From: Balanoglossus misakiensis
Taxonomy: Eukaryota; Animalia; Hemichordata
Reading direction: 5' to 3'
NCBI GenBank assembly: GCA_040954595.2
Contig: CM082590.2
Span: 2,976,001 to 3,040,000, forward strand
DNA length: 64,000 nucleotides
Position numbers and translations under genes: made by a program. The notes under the pieces are model-generated. The model was given only the letters and a program-made list of their open reading frames with translations, searched no databases and had not been told where the DNA came from. Each line of letters begins with the position of its first letter. The stretch's first letter is position 1. Positions 55,405 through 64,000 of this stretch are shown one piece after another.

Positions 55405-58400
55405 TCAGTCAAAAATATGTCTAAAGTCTTCCCACTTCTTTACATGTTTATCTAGTTTTCCAGTACGTTTGGCTATAAATAACTCTACCTTATAAATGCC
55501 ATGGAGGAAAGATTTATAATGAAAGAAGTATGGTAGTTTTTTATCACATTTACAAATGTAAATAAATCTCTTAGCAGTCAAAATGAGAAAGTTACATAAC
55601 AAAGATAGAGTACTATCTCCAAAGAGAATTTGTTCAGCAGTCATGGAATGGAAGGAAAGGTTACCAAAATATCTTCCACAGGAATTAAAAATTCTATGCC
55701 AAAATCCAATAACAAACTCACAGTTATAAAACAGATGTAAGATAGTCTCGTTATCCTTTTTGCAAAATGTACATACAGAGGAAGGAGCAACCTCAGGCTT
55801 CATCTTGTTTAAATAGTAATTAGTCATGAGGATGTTATGAGTCAACTTCCACTGGAATTCTCTAATTTTGACATCCAAGGTAAGTTTAAACGGGAGTTTG
55901 TAAATATTTTCCCATGTCAGAATATTTGTATTCAATACATGGTCAAAATAAATTTGTGCTTTAGGGGGAATAAAGGATTTTGAAATAATCAGAGGTGTGA
56001 TGATTTTAGTTTTACAATCTTTCAAACTATAAGTAGTATCCTCTATACCAACACTGATTTCCTCTTCTTGATTTACTAAATTAAAGTTTGACATATCAAC
56101 ACTTCCTGTAAACTCTCTTGGGAGAGCATAAATAATACTGCACCATCTAATGAAAGCAGAATGGGGAATTCTAGTTGACACATTATCCCAGTTGAGAACT
56201 TTCCCATTTCTATCAAATAAACTCCCAACATAGAAAAAACCAGCATCATAAAGATCCTTATAGAAAACACTCTTTCCCCCTATTAAAATGCGACTATTGT
56301 TCCAAATACTCTGGTTCAAAAAATGCTTATTTGAAAAAAACATTGTATTTAACTCCCTCCATGTCTTTAACATACTCAATTCAAAGTCTGACAAAGTGAC
56401 ATTTAAATATTTCAAATCATAATTACATTTTAAAAGTACCTTAATACCACCTACTGACTTGAGTTTCTTTGTCAAAAATAATTTCCATGGGTGAGATATT
56501 TCAACATCCAAATATCTACGGAGCCAATTAATTCTCTGCGCTTTATAAATTGTATAAATGTCAGGCATACCTAGGCCACCATCCTTTAGACTACCAAATA
56601 CAGTTTTTCTGGCAATCTTGTCTGGCCCTTTCCATAAAAATTTAAAAAGAAGTTTATTTATATATTTCAGATGGTCAACATGAGGCTCCGTCAAATTAAG
56701 AATATATAAAAACCTAGAGATACCCAAACTCTTAATAATTTGCACCCTCCCTAACAGAGTTAAATCCCTCATCTTCCAAAATTTAAGACAATTATTCAAA
56801 TTTTCTGTGGGTTTTGCCATGTTTAGACGGGCTGCATTACTTTTATCATAGGAGATATAGATACCCACTATTTTAATTTTGCCATCAGGCCACTTCACAC
56901 CTAGTGGTTTTGAAGTGCACTTACGTTTTTTTCCTAACCACAGAGCCTCACATTTACCACTGTTAACTGTTAAACCAGAAATACACTTAAAATCCTTTAA
57001 AAGATCGAAAAGAGTATTGGCTGAAGTAACATCACTTAAAAAACATGTCAGATCATCAGCGTAGGAAGCATTTTTTATCTCATAATCTCCAACCTTAATG
57101 CCTTTTATATCTCCTTCAACCCGCAGAGAGATAAGAAAGATCTCTAAAGCAAGAATAAATAACAAAGGAGATATTGGGTCACCTTGTCTTACTCCCCGAG
57201 AGAGAAGAAAATATCCTGTACTAAGACCGCTATTCATTACACAACTTGAAATATTGGTATACAAAACTTCAATCCAATGAATAAAATTTTGGCCAAAGTT
57301 GAAGGCTTTTAAAGCATTCAAAAGAAAAGACCATTCCAACTTATCAAAAGCTTTTTCAAAATCGATTGTTAACAAAATCCCAGGGATATCTTTTTCTGCA
57401 GTATAATCCAAAATACCTTCTACTAATTTTATTGTATCACCTATAAATCTGTTTTTAACAAAAGCGGTTTGAGTTTCATGGATGAGGGAAGGGAGAAGCG
57501 ATTCCATCCTTTTTGCCAAACATTTTGTTGCTATTTTATAGTCGGAGTTGAGCAAGGAAATAGGCCTCCAATTCTGAATATATCTCCTATCCTTTCCCGG
57601 CTTTTCTAATAATGTAATAACCCCTTGCCTCTGTGAAATAGAGAAATGCCCCGAGTCAAAAGCGTAATTCAGAGAATTTAACACATATGAACCAATCAGT
57701 GGCCAAAAAGTTTTATAGAAATCTACTGGTAAACCATCATTCCCGGGGGTTTTGTTGGCAGGAAAAGATTTCACAGCTTCATATGCCTCATCCATAGTAA
57801 TTTTCCCTTCCGCTAGTCCTGCTTGTTCTCTATCAAGCTTTGGGATATTAACAGAATCTAAAAATTTTTTCTGTAAATGAAAAAAATTCGCATTTGCTTC
57901 GCTGTCCCTCAAAGTAGAAGAATAAAGGTCTTGATAAAAAGACTTAATAACTAAATTTTTTTCTTTTGTAGAATATGCCATTTCTCCATCTGACTTTATC
58001 AAATAATTAATTTGGGTTCTAACCGCATTGGCTTTTTCCAACTGAAAGAAATACTTTGTATTTTTTTCTCCTAACTCAGTCCAGTTTGCTCGAGATCTAA
58101 TAATTGCACCCTCTGTAACATAATCATATTCTACTTGGAGATCCTGCTTCACAGTATTGTAATGAGTAATAGAAATTTCAGAAGGACTCGAAGCTAGTTG
58201 CTCCTCTAAATACTGGAGAATATTTTCAAGATCTTTGATTTTTTTTTTACGTGCTCTACTTTTCTGCTTACTATACTTCATCGTGATCTCTTTAATTTTG
58301 TACTTCAACCAATCCCAAACACTCGAAGGATTAGGTAATGCAGAACTTTCCTGCACCCAAACTAAGAAATTATCATGAATCAAATCAACGTATTTCCCAT

Positions 58401-59190
58401 CATGCAACAAACTTGTATTAAACTTCCAATAAGAGGGGCCTCTAAGCATATGCTCATATTTAACAATCAGTAAAATTGCCGAATGATCTGAAAAAATACA
58501 AGGAATGATATCTGTTTCAAATACTTCATTCAAGATTGAATTACTTACAAGAAAATAGTCTAACCTGCTTTGCACCAATACTGGATTAAAACGTTTCCAA
58601 GTGAAAGCATCAATATCTGGGTGAAAAATCCTCCAAACATCACATAAATCAAACGATTCCATATACTGCTGTACAAGATCTAAGGAATTTTTCCAAATTT
58701 TGGGGTTACCCCCACTTCTATCTCTACTGATATCTAAAACTAAATTATGATCTCCACCCCATATAATCGAAGCATTTGGATCTGTAATACACTGTATTAA
58801 ATCTTGAAAAAGATCTTTTAGAAAAACAAGGTGATGTCGCTCATCTGTAGGAGCATATGAATTAATCAAAATAAATCTTTTAGCACACATATAAACATCC
58901 ATAATAAGGTATCTACCATTAACATCTGAAATAATCTTATGTATATTATAATCAATATTACGGAATACAGTTAAAACACCCCTGCTATTTGAACTACCGT
59001 GTGCGAAAAACATATTTCCTTTAAACTGATTACTCCAAAAACGTTCACAATCTATCGAGCTATGAGTTTCCTGTAACATAACAATATTTGGATTTTGTTT
59101 GGCTAGCCAAATAAAAACACTTTTACGCTTTTTGGGAAGACGTAAACCTCTAATATTTAGAGATAAAAATTTCACGTCAGAACTTGGCAT
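55405..59190 (-). CDS. LINE ORF2p: APE endonuclease, reverse transcriptase, C-terminal CCHC knuckle (1261 aa)
   Basis: APE motifs SLNIRGL, LQETH, YAP, GGDHN, SRLDYFL, SDH; RT motifs PGNDGL, WRPISLLNSDYKI, IDFEKAFD, GVRQGDPISPLLF, YADD; CTFC..ETILHLFYNC. Confidence 0.97.
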   Translation of the reverse strand: MPSSDVKFLSLNIRGLRLPKKRKSVFIWLAKQNPNIVMLQETHSSIDCERFWSNQFKGNMFFAHGSSNSRGVLTVFRNIDYNIHKIISDVNGRYLIMDVYMCAKRFILINSYAPTDERHHLVFLKDLFQDLIQCITDPNASIIWGGDHNLVLDISRDRSGGNPKIWKNSLDLVQQYMESFDLCDVWRIFHPDIDAFTWKRFNPVLVQSRLDYFLVSNSILNEVFETDIIPCIFSDHSAILLIVKYEHMLRGPSYWKFNTSLLHDGKYVDLIHDNFLVWVQESSALPNPSSVWDWLKYKIKEITMKYSKQKSRARKKKIKDLENILQYLEEQLASSPSEISITHYNTVKQDLQVEYDYVTEGAIIRSRANWTELGEKNTKYFFQLEKANAVRTQINYLIKSDGEMAYSTKEKNLVIKSFYQDLYSSTLRDSEANANFFHLQKKFLDSVNIPKLDREQAGLAEGKITMDEAYEAVKSFPANKTPGNDGLPVDFYKTFWPLIGSYVLNSLNYAFDSGHFSISQRQGVITLLEKPGKDRRYIQNWRPISLLNSDYKIATKCLAKRMESLLPSLIHETQTAFVKNRFIGDTIKLVEGILDYTAEKDIPGILLTIDFEKAFDKLEWSFLLNALKAFNFGQNFIHWIEVLYTNISSCVMNSGLSTGYFLLSRGVRQGDPISPLLFILALEIFLISLRVEGDIKGIKVGDYEIKNASYADDLTCFLSDVTSANTLFDLLKDFKCISGLTVNSGKCEALWLGKKRKCTSKPLGVKWPDGKIKIVGIYISYDKSNAARLNMAKPTENLNNCLKFWKMRDLTLLGRVQIIKSLGISRFLYILNLTEPHVDHLKYINKLLFKFLWKGPDKIARKTVFGSLKDGGLGMPDIYTIYKAQRINWLRRYLDVEISHPWKLFLTKKLKSVGGIKVLLKCNYDLKYLNVTLSDFELSMLKTWRELNTMFFSNKHFLNQSIWNNSRILIGGKSVFYKDLYDAGFFYVGSLFDRNGKVLNWDNVSTRIPHSAFIRWCSIIYALPREFTGSVDMSNFNLVNQEEEISVGIEDTTYSLKDCKTKIITPLIISKSFIPPKAQIYFDHVLNTNILTWENIYKLPFKLTLDVKIREFQWKLTHNILMTNYYLNKMKPEVAPSSVCTFCKKDNETILHLFYNCEFVIGFWHRIFNSCGRYFGNLSFHSMTAEQILFGDSTLSLLCNFLILTAKRFIYICKCDKKLPYFFHYKSFLHGIYKVELFIAKRTGKLDKHVKKWEDFRHIFD

Positions 59191-59525
59191 ACATAAAATT
59201 ATAAATTACAAAATTTTCCAGCTTAAGAAAAAAGAAAGACTTTTGACTGCATTTTAAAGCAAAAAACAACAAACAACTCACGAAACAGGACAAACACAAC
59301 AAAAAAAGACGAAAAACAAGCAACACAGCTTGAAAAACTGTGACCTGTTTAAAACAGACCAGAGCAACACACATCGAACCAACAACCAACCCATGCCAGT
59401 CCGCTCCCAAAATTTTGAAAGAGCCATAAATACCCTCTCAAGAGAGAAATATCCCTTTCCAAAGTCCTTCACAGTACTTTATCCGTCACACAAACCTGTC
59501 CACTGGTTTCATTTCTTCAAACTGC

Positions 59526-60407
59526 TCAAACTGCTCTCCCTTCCCCCGTGTTGTATTTCTGTCCGTTTATGTACACGGCGCCATCTTGAAAACGAACACG
59601 TTTCCCCTCGCTGTAGGCTTTGTTCATCACTGGAAGAAGTGCTTTCTTCGTTTTATAGTCCTGCGGACATAAGTCTTGCTTAATTTGGATACCAGACCCA
59701 TCGAGTGCACTTCGCGCTTTTGTCAGAACTTGATACCTAACCGGGCGGTGAAGAAACTTGACGAGAATAGGTCTCGGCTGCGAACTACGTAGATTCCTAA
59801 CATTCCCCGGGCGACGTATCGGCACTCTGTGAGCATTCTCAATGGACGTCGGATCCACACCAAACTTCTCTTCTAATAACTTCCGTATCTTTTGAATTGG
59901 CTCTGCTGCTTCTGTTCCATCCTCGTCTCCTTCCGTAATACCGTAAACTCTAACATTAAAGCTTCGTGAATATCTCTGTAATCTCAGATTTTCCTCTCTA
60001 TTTCTCTCAGACTCTTCCTTCAAATTGGCGACTTCATTACGCAATGTCTCGATGGAAGTTTTGTTTTCAGCACATGTAGTGGCGGTAAACTCAATGTTCT
60101 GTTCCAAATCACTCTGTTTCTTTTCCACTATTTCCACACGGCGAATCATACTTGCGATATCCTGGAAACCTTTATCCATTTTCGTGTCCATTTTACCAAT
60201 CAGCTGGTGCAACGTCACCAATGAAATGTCGCCAGAAATAGTCTGTTCAGAGTCTGACTCTACCGCTGCATGGTCTGATGACATACTGACGTCGCCGTCG
60301 GCCATATTGGACATGTAGTCGCTGATCTTTCCTGAATCAGACTTTCTTCTTTGTTTTCTCCTTCCACTGCTTCGCTGCGTCATGATATACTTCTCTATCA
60401 TGGACAC
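59526..60407 (-). CDS. LINE ORF1p: coiled coil + RRM + CTD, L1-type RNA-binding protein (293 aa)
   Basis: Heptad-rich N-half, then RYSRSFNVRVYGITE, IENAHRV, PRPILVKFL, IQIKQDL, VYING, the typical L1 ORF1 (Transposase_22-like) pattern; lies directly upstream of ORF2. Confidence 0.92.
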   Translation of the reverse strand: MSMIEKYIMTQRSSGRRKQRRKSDSGKISDYMSNMADGDVSMSSDHAAVESDSEQTISGDISLVTLHQLIGKMDTKMDKGFQDIASMIRRVEIVEKKQSDLEQNIEFTATTCAENKTSIETLRNEVANLKEESERNREENLRLQRYSRSFNVRVYGITEGDEDGTEAAEPIQKIRKLLEEKFGVDPTSIENAHRVPIRRPGNVRNLRSSQPRPILVKFLHRPVRYQVLTKARSALDGSGIQIKQDLCPQDYKTKKALLPVMNKAYSEGKRVRFQDGAVYINGQKYNTGEGRAV

Positions 60408-60542
60408 TCAGTCTTTATAAATACAAATATGGTGTATAGAAACTTCTACCTTCACGAGACGAGGCGAAACAACGGAATTTTACGGGAGCTGGTACGGCGG
60501 CACACGCTTACCGCATGACTGACATCACGTGACCTCCTCATT
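60408..60542 (-). promoter_or_regulatory. LINE 5'UTR / probable internal promoter with E-box GGTCACGTGA
   Basis: CpG-rich 135 bp at the element 5' end; GGTCACGTGA (60525-60534) lies 8 nt from the terminus. Function is inferred. Confidence 0.55.
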
Positions 60543-60555
60543 GTACATTGCACTT

Positions 60556-61693
60556 AACCTTAGTGTATTAAGAGTGTATTAAGTGTAACAGTAAAAAAAC
60601 ACTCTTTCACTGAAATCCAAAACTGACTAGTATAAATACAATCCCAAAAAAGATGGTAATAATCCTCTACAACATCTTTACAAAAAATACAAAGTGGGGA
60701 GTCAATTATTCGCCATTTGTAAAGCATGCGGTTTGAAGGCAAGATCTTCATTATTAGTTTGTACTGAAAATTCCAAAGCTTAATATCATTTGTTAATTTG
60801 AAAGGAAGCGAAAACACAGTTTTTAAGGAAAATACTTCATCAAATACATCGTACCAATAACGTATTATGTGTGGAGAAAGCTCCTGTGGTGTTTGTAAAT
60901 TCAGAACAAAAGTGTACATCTCTCTATTGAGTTTTTTACCAGACAAACAATTGGGATTTCGAAAATTAGGCTTACATACCAGTAGTTTGGATGAGTGTGA
61001 ATTGTGTACAATATTTTTCCAATCAAGTGGTATTGCACATAATAACTGAAATTGTGTACAAATATTACCATATATTGTAGTAAACTGCTCATAATTATAA
61101 AACTTACAATTAGCATCGATAAGATCATTAATAAAAATAACACCATTCCTTGAAAAGTTATTCCACAATATTGGCTTATCACTAATTCGTATCTCAGAAT
61201 TATTGCAAATTAGTTCTTGGCATACATCGTCTTTATCAGATACTGTAGTGGTATTATACTGCAGCCATGCTGAATAAATTTGTCTTAAGAAAACAGAATT
61301 AATGGGGTTCAAAATATGAAAATCATCTTTTTTTAAATTGGCATAATACACTTGGGGCCCACTAAAACTGGAAAGAACAAATTTATACAATTTACTACAA
61401 AATAAACTATTGTTTCACATGATCCTCAAAAACCAGGCTGTCTTTAGCGTCAAATTAAAGGCAGGCAAATTTGTCAAATTGAGACCCCCATTTACATATT
61501 AATTGTAGATGGTATTCCTCTTAATCTTGTCTCGCTTACCACCCCACAAAAAATTGAAAACTAAAGTTTCATACTTTTTAAAGAAGTCATTACCAGGAGA
61601 TGGTAGAGACATGAAAAGATGAGTAAACTGTGAATTGACCAAGGATTTTATAATTGTTACTTTCCCATAAAAAGTGAGCCCCCTACCCTGCCA
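60556..61693 (-). pseudogene. Outer LINE ORF2, post-RT region with CCHC zinc knuckle
   Basis: WQGRGLTFYGKVTIIKSL..FNFLWGGKRDKIKR..GGL parallels inner WKMRDLTLLGRVQIIKSL..FKFLWKGPDKIAR..GGL; contains CIFC..EDYYHLFWDC. In-frame stops at 61499-61501 and 61415-61417; 11-bp duplication frameshift at 60562-60583. Confidence 0.9.
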
Positions 61694-62019
61694 TGTATAA
61701 CTCTTCTTTACACTAGTAATTTCTCACAATATTATAATGTGACTATACCATTGTTATTTGTATTTGATGTACCTGTTCCCAATTGTGAAAAAATAACACT
61801 TAGTATACAGTAAATATGAACAAGTTGTTTGGTTTATAGGGAGGAACCAAGTTCGATTTCCTCAAAAAGGCAAAGAAGCCAATTAAAACAGCGCATCAAA
61901 CTGTTAAAGGGACAAAGTCTCTCTCTTTTTGCCTCCAAACTCCATTAAATACTTACTTCAAATCCATTATTATGACATATAATGACCACACATTGCTTGA
62001 AGAATACCCTGAACTACGT

Positions 62020-62201
62020 TTTCGCCGTTTAGGCTAAAGACTGGATTTCTGCCTGGCCTTGGCGCGATTTCGACCGACCGCCATGTTGACCTCCCGCGAA
62101 GTGAAAAACTACGCATATTGCGGTTGCGTCACAATGTCAACACACACATGTGCTTCAGTCAATGACCTGGTCACGTACGTTCATGACCCTGGATCACAAC
62201 A
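62020..62201 (+). promoter_or_regulatory. CpG-rich promoter-like region upstream of the ballast-like gene
   Basis: High CpG density vs flanks; YY1-like CCGCCATGTT, TGCGTCAC, TGACCTGGTCA; ends at CACAACAATGG start context. Confidence 0.4.
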
Positions 62202-62213
62202 ATGGAATGCGAG
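62202..62213 (+). CDS. Putative exon 1 (MECE) of RG-rich ballast/KolX-like gene
   Basis: ACAATGG start context; GAG|GTAAGT consensus donor; phase 0 matches exon 2. Confidence 0.5.
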
Positions 62214-62716
62214 GTAAGTACATATACGAATACTTATAGAATTCTGTAAACTAGAGAAAATTAGTAGAGAATGTTTTTTTATGAATGACATTGACATTGA
62301 CAATGATAAAGAAGGTAAACTTTACGATGTCAGATGGAGATGCCGGTGATTTACCGTACATCGCGACGTTCATTTGTTTGTTTTGATTCTTGTTTTCACG
62401 TTCCGGGATTTATCTAAATTTTCGCTGAGTATTTACGGTTTCTTTAGACCGCTTTCTTGTTCCACGGTGCACTGATTTCTATTTCAAATATGACGTGATC
62501 ACCAGTTGTAAACTCCTAACGAAAATACACGTAAGCATAAGTACGAGTAGACGCCGGGTTGCACTGGGGTTGCACTACGGTGACATCGACAGCTGGCAGC
62601 TAGCTGTAGATGCCGTAATGTACATGAACTAGACCGGATGCCGATCGGCCCCTATCGAGTACTCATTATCATCTGCTCACGCGCTAATGAACAGGGGGAT
62701 TATTATTATGAATAGA

Positions 62717-62734
62717 GCAAGTGCATGCACTTGC
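62717..62734. repeat. 18-bp perfect palindrome
   Basis: GCAAGTGCATGCACTTGC equals its own reverse complement. Confidence 0.85.
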
Positions 62735-63122
62735 ACCGGGGAAAAATATGCATAGAATATTTCGAATTAAAAGTTTGCGAGTCATGCAAACCAAGTGATA
62801 ATAAATAGAACCAAGCAGTGGGCTTGAATTTGAATGGCATGCATTTACAGGGGATATGCACCATGCCCCATCCCTGTCCAGAAGAAACACAAACTTATTG
62901 ATTTTCTTAGGGGAGAGATGTTACTGTTTGGGTTAGTGAGCAAATTTGATTATTTTGGTAGAGGGCAATCATTGTACACGTCTGGATTTTACATGCATAT
63001 GAATAATGGATTTATGTTCACAAATTTCACCTAATTCATGAAATTGCATGATTTGCAATATAACTGCAATGTACAAAATTATTTATTACAATTTTTCAAT
63101 TTAAAATCTTATTTTTTTCCAG

Positions 63123-63445
63123 ACAAGTGAAATAGATAACGCAGAAAGAGAATCCAGCCCAAGTACAAATGAAAGAGGTAGAGGACAACGTGGTAGAAGT
63201 CGAGGCCGTGGTAGGGGTAGAGGTCGAGGTGGTGAGACTGAGAGAGGAGGAAGTGTTGCAGCTCGGGGGAGTACAAGTCGAGCCGTGGTAGGGGTAGAGG
63301 TCGAGGTGGTGAGACTGAGAGAGGAGGAAGTGTTGCAGCTCGGGGGAGAACAAGCCGACGACGTGGAAGGGGTAGGAGGGGTGCAACATCCGTATCTGTT
63401 GGAGATGCTGTTGCCCAACTACAACAAAGGAGACAAAGAATGGAG
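63123..63445 (+). CDS. Exon 2: RG-rich low-complexity region; carries a 1-bp frameshift at ~63282
   Basis: Acceptor TTTTTTTCCAG|, donor GAG|GTAAC. Reads TSEIDNAERESSPSTNERGRGQRGRSRGRGRGRGRGG...; length 323 = 324-1, and restoring one G in the second 78-bp repeat gives ...RGRRGATSVSVGDAVAQLQQRRQRME in phase with exon 3. Confidence 0.7.
63197..63351 (+). repeat. 78/77-bp tandem duplication within exon 2
   Basis: Units start at 63197 (AAGTCGAGGCCG), 63275 (AAGTCGAGCCG, one G short); a diverged third start at 63352. Confidence 0.92.
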
Positions 63446-63552
63446 GTAACTTTAAAAACATACATTTATTTCATACATATATAAATAAAACAAAACAATA
63501 AAAATAGTGCTGTTTGTATCATTCAATGAAATTGTTAACAATCTGTCCACAG

Positions 63553-63795
63553 GCTGCTGTTGAACACATGAAAAACGATGAACTGCAAAGAATGGTGATA
63601 CAAATGGTTGATTGGCAGCCTGGTTTGATGTTTAATCTCATATTCCCAGTAACACTAGAACAGCAGGGATACCACCCACCCTCAGCAACTCAATCACCTG
63701 ACTGGTGCATTTGCAGTCACTGTCAGCAGATGCCAACAGAAATGGAGAAAATGTGCTGCGATAAACAGCCACAAAACTGCATCTCAAGATCACCG
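63553..63795 (+). CDS. Exon 3: start of P2X7 cytoplasmic-ballast-like / KolX-like Cys-rich Zn-binding domain
   Basis: Acceptor TCCACAG|, donor CCG|GTAAGT, 243 bp, phase 0-0. PDWCICSHCQQMPTEMEKMCCDKQPQNCISRS matches the WCxCxxC..ExxCC..CI ballast signature. Confidence 0.8.
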
Positions 63796-64000
63796 GTAAG
63801 TCAAGTAAGCTTTTGGATTTTAACTTGTACATGAATATAATTCTACAAGGACTCACTACTAAACCACTATGAACTGAAAATTTGAACTCTAAGTTAAATT
63901 GAACACATTCAGTTCCACTAACCTGGCTACAGTCAAACTGTACTTCCTGTAACATTTTTGCAAAGTATATCCACAATGGTTTGCATATAGCAAAGCAAAG

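Larger units (their letters stand above)
55282..60542 (-). mobile_element. Full-length L1/Tx1-type non-LTR retrotransposon (~5.26 kb), both ORFs intact
   Basis: 5'UTR, ORF1, 335-bp spacer, ORF2 (APE-RT-CCHC), 109-bp 3'UTR with AATAAA, poly(A) (T-run 55280-55295), perfect 13-bp TSD GTACATTGCACTT at 55269-55281 and 60543-60555. Confidence 0.95.
54949..61695 (-). mobile_element. Older 5'-truncated L1/Tx1-type LINE (~1.47 kb of own sequence), interrupted by a younger LINE
   Basis: Poly(A) (T-run 54946-54961), T-rich 3'UTR, ORF2 C-terminal fragments on both sides of the inner element, and a 14-bp TSD TATAACTCTTCTTT at 54935-54948 and 61696-61709. Confidence 0.9.
61908..64000 (+). mobile_element. 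Probable left end of a Kolobok-superfamily DNA transposon (runs off the window)
   Basis: TTAA (61904-61907) followed by AGGGA matches the Kolobok/T2 TTAA|AGGRR terminus; CpG-rich subterminal region; KolX/P2X7-ballast-like gene starts ~300 bp inside. Right TIR and transposase not visible. Confidence 0.55.

Noticed and set aside
55035-55412. 125-aa ORF as an independent gene
   Set aside because: Chimeric read-through of the inner LINE 3'UTR and poly(A) (KKKKK) into the outer LINE's ORF2 tail.
63096-63465. Three minus-strand Pro/Ser/Thr-rich ORFs
   Set aside because: Antisense shadows of the purine-rich RG exon; splice signals support the + strand.
63514-63552. ORF-track start of the 106-aa ORF
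   Set aside because: The TTG start lies in an intron; the exon begins after CACAG at 63553 and ends at the donor after 63795.

Overview
Eukaryotic (probably marine-invertebrate) heterochromatin border. Bases 1-53,133 are one head-to-tail satellite array of ~400 monomers (124-135 bp, mostly 130/131/135). It is built from a small library of monomer variants arranged into local higher-order repeats (265, 390, 527, 919, 1705, 1716, 1848, ~2765, 3422 bp), with a distinct variant layer at the distal edge. The array stops abruptly mid-monomer. The last 11 kb is a transposon stack: (i) a decayed 3' end of an Academ-like DNA transposon (Cys-rich C-terminus plus subterminal repeats); (ii) an old 5'-truncated L1/Tx1-type LINE with a 14-bp TSD, split by (iii) a full-length, ORF-intact L1/Tx1-type LINE with a 13-bp TSD and poly(A); (iv) the probable left end of a Kolobok-type element (TTAA|AGGGA) carrying a spliced gene for an RG-rich protein with a P2X7-ballast/KolX-like Cys domain, frameshifted by a 1-bp loss in a 78-bp exonic duplication. 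All short ORFs in the satellite are artefacts. Family assignments come from motif recognition only; no searches were run.
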